Assembly (NCBI GenBank): GCA_964016885.1 | Contig: OZ024752.1 | Coordinates: 10,726,001 to 10,790,000 of the forward strand | Length of the DNA stretch: 64,000 nt | Direction of reading: 5' to 3' | DNA from: Eledone cirrhosa | Lineage: Eukaryota | Part shown: piece by piece, positions 54,808 to 64,000 of the stretch | How the letters are laid out: every line of letters begins with the position of its first letter | Position numbering within the stretch: position 1 is the first letter of the stretch | Translations under genes and position numbers: made by a program | The notes under the pieces: model-generated | What the model was told of the DNA's origin: nothing | Seen by the model: only the letters and a program-made list of their open reading frames with translations | Database searches by the model: none

Positions 54808-55045
54808 ATTATTAGAAATGTAAGCTATCACTGTATTTTGACTAAAGAAATTAAAGAAATTATTTAGCCTGATAGTGGGGTTAAGAACCCTCGGAGAAAT
54901 GGAAACAGGTGAGTATTGACGTCAATATGTACGTTAATACTCATCTTTTTCCATTTCTCCGAGGGTTCTTAACCCCACTATCAGGCTTAATAATTTCTTT
55001 AATATCATTAGTCAAAATACGGCGATAGCTTACATTTCTAATAAT
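54808..55045. repeat. Fold-back palindrome with 115-bp arms between (TA)n tracts
   Basis: Arms 54808-54922 / 54931-55045; no complete HHR found. Confidence 0.85.
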
Positions 55046-55119
55046 ATATATATATATACATATATATATAAAAACGAGTAAGTTTCGTTAACATGTGAAA
55101 AATATTTATTACGTATAGC

Positions 55120-55209
55120 CCTGTTACGTGCGTTTCGCAGAGGATTGGCTCAAGGTGGCCCATAGGAGTTATGGACACGACTCCAGTATGGATCAGCTCC
55201 TCAGACTGG
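55120..55209 (-). ncRNA. Type I hammerhead with extended stem II
   Basis: CCAGT-CTGAGGA-GCtGA..TCtGC-GAAA-CGCACG-TA-ACAGG. Confidence 0.7.
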
Positions 55210-55272
55210 TGAAGCGACAAAAGATATAGTTTTGTTGAGGTATGTGGACCAAGAATGTATATATAGAGGCAA

Positions 55273-56157
55273 ATACAGAGGCTCACATACAGTGGCTCAG
55301 ACACTGTAGCTCAGATACAGTGGCACAGATACAGTGGCTCAGATACAGTGGCTCAGATACAGTCGCTAAGATACAGTGGCTCTGATACAGTGGTTCAGAT
55401 ACAGTGGTTCAGATACAGTGGCTCAGATACAGTGGCTCAGATACAGTCGCTAAGATACAGTGGCTCTGATACAGTGGTTCAGATACAGTGGTTCAGATAC
55501 AGTGGCTCAGATATAGTGGCTCAGATATAGTGGCTCAGATACAGCGGCTCGGATACAGTGGCTCAGTTACAACGGCTCAGATACAGTGGCTCAGATACAG
55601 TGGTTCAGATACAGTGGTTCAGATACAATGGCTCAGATACAGTGGCTCTGACACAGTGGTTCAGATACAGTGGTTCAGATACAGTGGCTCAGATACAGTG
55701 GCTCAGATACAGTGGCTCAGATACAGTGGCTAAGCTACAGTGGCTGATGCAGTGGCTCTGATACAGTGGTTCAGATACAGTGCTCAGATACAGTGGCTGA
55801 TACAGTGGGTCTGATACAGTAGCTCAGATACAGTGGTTCAGATACAGCAGCTCAGATACAGTGACTCAGATACAGTGGCTCAGATACAGTGGCTAAGCTA
55901 CAGTGGCTGATGCAGTGGCTCTGATACAGTGGTTCAGATACAGTGCTCAGATACAGTGGCTGATACAGTGGGTCTGATACAGTAGCTCAGAAACAGTGGC
56001 TCAGAAACAGTAGCTCACATACAGTGACTCACATACAGTGGCTCAGATACAGTAGCTCACATTCAGTGGCTCACATACAGTAGGTCACATACAGTGGCTC
56101 AGATACAATGGCTCTGATACAGTCGCTTTGATACAGTGGATCAAATACAATAGCTCA
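55273..56157. repeat. 14-bp satellite GATACAGTGGCTCA, about 63 copies with higher-order blocks
   Basis: Direct reading. Confidence 0.95.
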
Positions 56158-56595
56158 TGCTCCTGAAGTAAGATTTACTCTTGCTGTTTTAATATCCTAA
56201 TCACTTTTATAATACTGGTGCCGCCCTATAATTACGACGTGCCGTCTGTGTATTATTATGAAATGTTTGCTTGTTAAGATTTGTGTAAAATGTTAATTTC
56301 TATGTATCATGTAAGCATTTTATTCTGCGAGGCATACCCTGTGTTGGTCTATGATTTGATACGTTCATGGCGTACATTTGTGAAAGAAGGCCTTCCCGTT
56401 ATGGCCATCACTTATGAAAAGTAGTGGATATAACTGTCTACATTGGTTATTTTATCAACGGGTACAACTTGATTATCAACACCGGATTAACAAACACCAA
56501 GGAATCAGAAATATATGTATGTATATATATAATAGTATAACACTGGGTGGCGATGTCCGTAGTAGTCGAATAATCAGTCCATGGGACGAGTCAGG

Positions 56596-56734
56596 TAGAA
56601 GTAGTTCCACAACAGTTAGTTCAACATACCGAGAACAAATGTTTCACCGTATTCGGATCCTAGACCGACCTGAGGATCCGAATAAGGTGAAACATTTGTT
56701 TTCGGTATGTTGAACTGTTGTGGAACTGCTTCTA
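56596..56734. mobile_element. pLTR fold-back with hammerhead at 56664-56706 (plus)
   Basis: Arms 56596-56661 / 56673-56734; ACCGAc-CTGAGGA-tCCgaataaGGt-GAAA-CATTTG-TT-tTCGGT. Confidence 0.75.
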
Positions 56735-57218
56735 TATATATATATATATACACACAATCGTGAATTAGACTGGTGATCTACGCACGTGGCTGACACATTT
56801 CAGCTCGCTACTATATTGTTATATAATGGATGATCCCATTTAAAGTCCGTTAAAGGTTCTTGGCACTACCATTGTTACCATCGTTGTCCTCTAGCCATGG
56901 GGCTTGGAGACATGAACCGAATGCTACCATTCTATTTTATATCAATGTGAACTGCTATTTCTAATAGTCATCTTTTCACCCCTTGATAATTTGTGTGTGA
57001 GACACGTTGGCTGAGGCTTCTGACAGGAACTAAAAGATTGATTCTTTTTAGCTTCCCGTCCCCACGTAAAATTTATAAATCAGTGGTTAGTTGAGAGATA
57101 GATTCCTATCGGTTGCCAGTTGCTAATCGCTTTACCGTGTCGGTTATCACAAACAGTCATGACCGGCATGGGCCGGTGTTTGGATTCTGTCGATCGATTG
57201 GTTATTGATTAGGCGATA

Positions 57219-57320
57219 CCCGCTGATGAAGCCGCATAAGCCGACTGTGCATAATATATGCAGACAGATGGTGCAGTGCACCTTACTGCTGCATTAGTGC
57301 GGCAGAAACTCGAGTCCGGG
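57219..57320 (+). ncRNA. Type I hammerhead, canonical core, GUC site, branched stem II
   Basis: CCCG-CTGATGA-aGCCGCA..TGCGGCa-GAAA-CTCGAG-TC-CGGG. Confidence 0.88.
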
Positions 57321-57572
57321 AACCTTATAGGCACCCGTATACGTGTGTTGTGTTGAGGCAAATAACTATGTGTATACTCTGGTAATGTATCTTACATTGC
57401 CCATTGAGTGCGCTGAAATACAACCGGTACTGGCATTGATAAATATTCTGGGTCCGTCAACCCTTATTATTTACACACATATATATATATGTTATTCCGG
57501 GTTGAATCGGAGGTAACCACAGTAAGTAAGGTACTCAATACATAGCAGAGTATAAAAGTTTTAATATAGAAG

Positions 57573-57623
57573 AGCTTCTACAGGACTAGAACTGTTTCAT
57601 TCATGACAAATCATCAGGAAGCT
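57573..57623 (-). ncRNA. Type I hammerhead, canonical core, GUA site
   Basis: AGCTTC-CTGATGA-tttgtcatgaat-GAAA-CAG..CTG-TA-GAAGCT. Confidence 0.8.
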
Positions 57624-57659
57624 GGCTGTCTAAGTAAATGGTAGTATTTATGTCTTATA

Positions 57660-57711
<52 letters not shown>

Positions 57712-57729
57712 GGATATATAGTCTAAAGT

Positions 57730-57998
57730 CTGTCTTAAGCCAGAAGTCTTGTTAGGCCAGTGCTTATCCCGGTTTCCTGGCGTGAAGCGACTGAGAGTAC
57801 ATACTGCCCCCCTGGACAGGACACTAGTTCATCGCTGGGTTAAACCCCCAGCTATTGCTGGTACTTATTTTCAACTGAGTATACTGGAGCAACGTGAAAT
57901 GAAATGTTTTGCTTAAGAACACAAGCAACCCAGGAATCGAACCCACGACATCATGATCGTAAGTCCAACACCCTTACAACTAGGCTACGTGTCTCCAC
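57730..57998 (-). mobile_element. CORE-type SINE family B1
   Basis: Homologous to 21830-22096; tail-only copy at about 50985-51110. Confidence 0.8.
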
Positions 57999-58056
57999 CC
58001 AATATATATATATATGTGTGTACGTGTTTGAGAGTGTATATATGTGTATATATATA

Positions 58057-58160
<104 letters not shown>

Positions 58161-58195
58161 TTATAAGAATCAAAGATCTGTTCAAAACATTTTTA

Positions 58196-58242
58196 TGCTT
58201 ACAACTGTTTCCTCCAAACCGAGGTTTGGATTCTTTGGAGCA
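58196..58242 (-). ncRNA. Degenerate hammerhead (CCAAAGA core)
   Basis: TGCT-CCAAAGA-TCCAAACC tc GGTTTGGA-GAAA-CAGTTG-TA-AGCA; stems intact, core mutated. Confidence 0.55.
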
Positions 58243-58445
58243 ATTTATTAATGAATGAACACTTATATGACCTCCTTTTCAACCCAAGAGACATACAGAT
58301 ACATATGCAAACATTGTTGCTTGGTGGGTCGACATCCATTACAGCATTTGGTGTGGCAGTATACATTTAGAAGTTACATTCATATTATAAGAGGATAAAA
58401 TTAAAATACAGGTTAAAATATAACATGAAATTAATGCGGTAATTA

Positions 58446-58508
<63 letters not shown>

Positions 58509-58639
58509 CAAAGAGATATTTAATTTGTTGGTAGTTCAACAAATTTATTCATAACAAATTCGAAGCACCCAACAATTTTTCCGGGAGTATAATATGAATG
58601 ACAATAATAACTGGAGACTATATATATAAAGCCATAGTT

Positions 58640-58699
58640 ATTTTATTATATATATTTCAAGGGTACCAAAAACTTTGGTACGCATTCATCAGATAAAAT
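58640..58699 (-). ncRNA. Type I hammerhead (family of 3491) in a PLE 3' region at about 58510-59460
   Basis: ATTTTAT-CTGATGA-..GTACCAA/TTGGTAC..-GAAA-TATATA-TA-ATAAAAT. Confidence 0.8.
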
Positions 58700-59462
58700 A
58701 CAAAATTTGTTTTATAAATAGCGACATACCCCAGAAACCAGACCTTATCGGTTTAGGTTTCGTTGGGATAGTGAAAGGAAATAAGAAAAATTTCAAATCT
58801 TTAGGATGGATATGTAAATGAAGTAGAAGCGTGGACTGCAAAAGTCATTATATTTAGACGCTAGGTAAATTTAAATAATTATTAGGATACTTTATAAAGG
58901 AAGAAGAAAGAGAGGCTAATATTAATATTATGGTGTAATTAAATTTAAAAATTAAAAATGTGTTGAAGTGGTAGGATACTATTCCAAAAATTTAAAATGT
59001 AAAATATATAACCAAACCATGGGTTATAATCCTTATAGTTAGATTTTATAAAAAATTAAGGTTGTAAGTACACTGAAGCTTATTATATTACAACATGTCA
59101 TTTATATAAATATATAAATAAATAAAAATATAAATATTATTGCCGATTATATATGCTGTTATTTTAAATAGATAAATCATTTAAATATTATTATAAATTT
59201 ATGGGTTACGAAAGATATCGTGTTTACATTTTCAATATATATTTAAGAAAAAGACGTAGTTCAAATTTTATTGGAGAAGAACTTTTTGTACTTTCAAATA
59301 GTTTCATCAAGATAGAAAACGAAATTATAGAGAATTTAGTATTTATGTTGTTAAGAAGAGGGGATGTTTATGGGTGCTACATTATCAAGAAAAAGATAAC
59401 TCCAATGTTTCTTAGTTACACTATTTACGTTAGATTAAGTCATAATGTAACATATAGAAATA

Positions 59463-59766
59463 AATAATTGTTTCTACTTTTGGCACAAGGCCAGCAATTA
59501 ACCAGCACATTACTGGTACTTTATTTTATCGACCCGTTAAGGATGAAAGGCAAAGTTAAACTCGGCGGGATTGAAATAAATAATTGTTTCTACTTTAGGC
59601 ACAAGGCCAGCAAATATCCAGTGCATTACTGGTACTTTATTTTATCGACCCAGTAAGGATGAAAGGCAAAGTCAACCTCGGCGGGATTTGAACTCAGATC
59701 GTAAAGGGACGTAACTATGCTGGAAAGCATGGCGTCCGACCCTCTACCGATACTGCCAATCCACCT
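59463..59766 (-). mobile_element. Two tandem SINE family A copies
   Basis: 59463-59575 (truncated) and 59580-59766. Confidence 0.9.
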
Positions 59767-60114
59767 CGATAAATTATGGTAACCTATTTGAAAGATCTGT
59801 TTCATATACTGTAGTCATGGGAGTAAGGACACCTTCAACATACAATAGACAGATATATACGTATTTACTAAGTATGGAAGGAGTGGAAGTTATCATAGGT
59901 TAGAACGGTACATGCAACTAATGGTAGGGAGAAATAGAAGGAACAACTTAATAGATAAGTAAAGGTATATGTGTAGGTATATGTGTGGCGTGAAGTGTGT
60001 TTTTGTAGTTATTTAATGTGTATGTGTAATGTATGTAGAGGCTTTAGGCAGAATATATAGCAGGTGTTGTGAGAAGCAAAGATAGGAAATAATATAGTGG
60101 AAATGTGTGGATGA

Positions 60115-60676
60115 GTGAGAGAGAGAGAGTGAGTGAGTGAGAGAGAGAGGGTAAAGACAGACTGAGAGAGAGAGGGGGTAAAGAGAGACTGAGAGAGAGA
60201 GGGGGTTAAAGAGAGACTGAGAGATAGGGGGGGTAAAGAGAGACTGAGAGAGAGAGGGGGTAAAGAGACACTGAGAGAGAGAGATGGGGTAAAGAGAGAC
60301 TGAGAGAGAGAGGGGGGTAGAGAGAGACTGAGAGAGAGAGGGGGGTAAAGAGAGACTGAGAGAGAGAGTGAGGGTAAAGAGAGACTGAGAGAGAGAGGTG
60401 GGTAAAGAGAGGCTGAGAGTGAGAGGGGGACGGTAAAGAGAGACTGAGAGTGGAGGGGGACGGTAAACACAGAGAGAGAATAGGAAGTGACATTGAATGG
60501 TCAAATATGTGTATGTGTGTGAGGGGAAGTGAGAGACAGAGAGAAAGAGGGAGAGAGAAAGGGGGAGAGAGAAAGGGAGGGTAAAGAGAGAGGGTAGAGA
60601 GAGAGAGTGGGGTAAAGAGAGAGAGAGGGCGGTGCTAGAGAAAGAGGAAGAGAGGAGGGAGAGAAAGAGGAAGGGA

Positions 60677-60715
<39 letters not shown>

Positions 60716-60740
60716 CAGAGTAGGGAGGGAGAGTGAATGA
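60115..60740. repeat. GA-rich minisatellite (about 28-bp GAGACTGAGAGAGAGAGGGGGTAAA)
   Basis: Direct reading. Confidence 0.9.
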
Positions 60741-60962
60741 GCAAATGTATGTTTATATATAGAGGAAGCTGTGTTGATATGTAGCAACGAGCATAACTCC
60801 ATTCAAGAAAGAGAGAGTACGTGTGTGTCTGTTAGAGAGGTATGCCAGGTCGAGAGAGAATATAGTGATCAGGTAAAGAAGAGTTAGAAGGAGTGAAATG
60901 AGAAGGATGCGAGGAAGTGGGAGAGTATCTATATTATTGTTTTATTATTCCATCACTATAAT

Positions 60963-61110
60963 AGGGCGGTGGATTGGCAGTATCGGTAGCGGGTCGGACG
61001 CCATGCCTTGCAGCATAGAGTTACGGTCCTTTATGATCTGAGTTCAAATCCCGCCGAGGTTAACTTTGCCTTTCATCCTTACGGGGTCGATAAAATAAAG
61101 TACCAGTAAT
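60963..61110 (+). mobile_element. SINE family A, 3' tail lost at the junction with the ORF relic
   Basis: Consensus ends abruptly at GTACCAGTAAT. Confidence 0.85.
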
Positions 61111-61960
61111 GGGAGCCTTCCAGGGACACTCTTTGGGGTATCTCTGCGATAAGTTCTGGTTTCATTCGAACCAGAACCTGTATGCCTATACCGCCAAAGT
61201 GGCCCCTGGTGGCTTTGTCTATATCAAGGAGTTCATCTTCGTTGTCCAGTATCCCTCTTAGTATCCACCACATATTCGTATTTGGGTGTATACCGGAGAT
61301 TGTTATTATTTGAGTTTTCTTCCCCATGTAGGTGGGGAAGAAAGTGTACTGTTTGGACACAATAGGCGACACCGAGTATTTTGGATCCACCAATTGGTCC
61401 TTCATTAAAATTATCAGACTCCCATAAAACTTCCCTCTCTCAATAAAAATCATGTCCTTCAACGCGACTTTTCGCTATGCGATAATTGAGCTGGGTTTTT
61501 TTTCGACGCATTTGATATAGTTCTAAAATTAATTGTCCTTAGGACCGTGTCTCTTTTAGTATCCTTAGGGGAGCTTATGGTGAATTCACCGTTTTCACCA
61601 AAGTTCACCTGTTTTCTCCCCTCTTTTAGCAATTCCGCTGCATTACTGATGTCAACTGGGGTGAAAGTTTCGGTGTCCTTAACGACCTGGGCAAAGGATA
61701 TTCGTGTAGTGGGATCTTTTTTGTGTTTCGTTGCTGTTGTTCTTTTTTTTGTTGGGTGTTTGCGTTTTGGTTGTTGTTGTTTGTGGTACAGTTTTGGGGG
61801 TTTTCACCCATTTTTTCGTGTTTTGAGTTCACATTTATGTTGTTTTCTTTGTCATTGTTGCTGCTGTTTTCACTTTTGTGTGTGTTAGTGTTATTTACTT
61901 TGTTATTTGTGTTGGTGTTGTTGGTGTCAGTGTAATTTATACATTCTTTCAATTTACTGT
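61111..61960 (-). pseudogene. Frameshifted coding relic, possibly L1/Tx1-type LINE ORF1
   Basis: N-rich N-terminus (61626-61952) then a protein-like stretch FIERGKFYGSL..FFPTYMGKKTQIITISGI..WILRG; family assignment is tentative. Confidence 0.45.
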
Positions 61961-61989
61961 TTCCATTGTTTGGGTTATTACTTAAGTTT

Positions 61990-63410
61990 TTACTAACTGT
62001 TTATAACTAACTGTGTATATAACTAAACTGTATATATAACTAACTGTGTATATAATTAACTATTTATATAACTAACTGTATATATAACTAACAGTGTATA
62101 AAACTAACTGTATATATAACTAACTGTATATATAAGTAACTGTATATATAAGTAACTGTATATAACTAACTGTATATATAACTAACTGTATATATAAGTA
62201 ACTGTGTATATAAGTAACTGTATATATAACTAACTGTATATATAAGTAACTGTATATATAACTAACTGTACATATGACTAACTGTTTATAACTAACTATT
62301 TATAACTAAATGTATATATAACTAACTGTTTATAACTAACGTATATATATAGCTAACTATGTATAAGTAACTGTATATATAACTAACTGCGTATATAACT
62401 AACTGTATATATAAGTAACTGTATATATAACTAACTGTATATATAACTAACTGTATATATAACTAACTTTATATATAAGTAACTGTATATATAACTAACT
62501 GTATATATAAGTAACTGTATATATAACTAACTGTATATATAATGAACTGTGTATATAACTAACTTTATATATAAGTAACTGTATATATAACTAACTGTAT
62601 ATATAACTAACTGTATATAATTAAATGTATATATAACTAACTTTATATATTACTAACTGTATATATAACTAACTGTATATATAACTAACTGTATATAATT
62701 AAATGTATATATAACTAACTGTATATATAACTAATTATGTATATATAACTAACTGTATATATAACTAACTGTATATATAACTAACTGTATATATAACTAA
62801 CTGTATATATAACTAACTATGTATATAAGTAACTGTATATATAACTAACTGTATATATAACTAACTGTATATATAACTAACTGTGTATAAACTTACTGTA
62901 TATATAACTAACTGTATATATAAGTAACTGTATATAAAACAAACTGCGTATATAACTAACTGTATATATATATAACTGTATATATAACTAACTGTATATA
63001 TAACTAACTGTATATATAACTAACAGTGTATATAACTAACTGTATATATAACTAACTATATATATAAGTAACTATATATATGTAACTGTATATATAACTA
63101 ACTGTGTATATAACTAACTGTATATATATAACTAACTGTATATATAACTAACTGTGTATATACCTAACTGTATATATAACTAACTATATATATAAGTAAC
63201 TATATATAAGTAACTGTATATATAACTAACTGTATATATAACTAACTGTGTATATAACTAACCGTATATATAACTAACTATATATATAAGTAACTATATA
63301 TAAGTAACTGTATATATAACTAACTGTGTATATAACTAACTGTATATATAACTAACTGTATATAGAACCAACTGTGTATATAACTAACTGTGTATATAAC
63401 TAACTGTTTA
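61990..63410. repeat. 16-18-bp minisatellite TAACTAACTGTATATA(TA), about 80 copies
   Basis: Direct reading. Confidence 0.95.
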
Positions 63411-63522
63411 CATGGCAACACAAGAATAAGGATGACGATGTCATTCTACTGAAATTGCTTAAAAGAGGAAGTTTTTGTATATTTGCAAACCAATCGAATA
63501 TTATTATTGATATTCGAAAATA

Positions 63523-63698
63523 AGGCGGTGAATAGGCAGTATCGGTAAATGGTCGGACGCCATGCTTTCCAGCATAGTTACGTCCCTTTACGGTCTGAGT
63601 CAAAATCCAGTCGAGGTTAACTTTGCCTTTCATCCTTACGGTGTCGATAAAATAAAGTACCAGTAATACACTGGTAATTTGCTGGCCTTGTGCCAAAT
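63523..63698 (+). mobile_element. SINE family A
   Basis: Consensus match. Confidence 0.9.
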
Positions 63699-64000
63699 GT
63701 ATAAGAAAAACTCTGATTATATTTATATATTTAAATATATATGTATTGATGCTCCGACATCACGTGCGTGTGTGTGCGTGTGTAAATGTACGTATTCTAT
63801 ATTGCATAATATACGGGGTGTTTGTGAAAGATATTTCGAAGATCTTGTCTTGCTAAATGCGCAGCATTACTTCCCCAGTTTTTGCTGAGGTCGGGTGTGT
63901 GATGATAATCACAACCTTAAAATTCATAGGTAAAGGCCTTTACAATATTTCATTATTCAATATACAATACGTACAATCACACACACACACACACACACAC

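Overview
AT-rich, microsatellite-saturated animal genomic DNA with no recognisable host protein-coding exon. Nearly all ORFs in the track are translations of simple repeats. The repeat content resembles coleoid cephalopod (Octopus-like) DNA, which is an inference: about 30 copies of a tRNA-derived SINE with a GCCTTTCATCC..GGTCGATAAAAT core, CORE-type SINEs, RTE-clade LINE 3' fragments and abundant (TA)n/(CA)n/(GA)n. The main hidden signal is about 20 type I hammerhead ribozyme (HHR) motifs, read by eye, from at least a dozen unrelated sequence families. Most sit in short elements next to (TA)n tracts, many are arranged as 130-700 bp fold-back inverted repeats, and some are linked to Penelope-like (PLE) RT/GIY-YIG remnants. 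A CCGANGA (U4C) core variant recurs, and inversion junctions cluster at the ribozyme. Other notable items are a 32-copy 54-bp satellite made from 18 codons of an RTE LINE ORF, two diverged terminally redundant elements sharing an octamer motif, a nested palindrome, and tandem SINE pile-ups. Coordinates were counted manually and may be off by a few bases.
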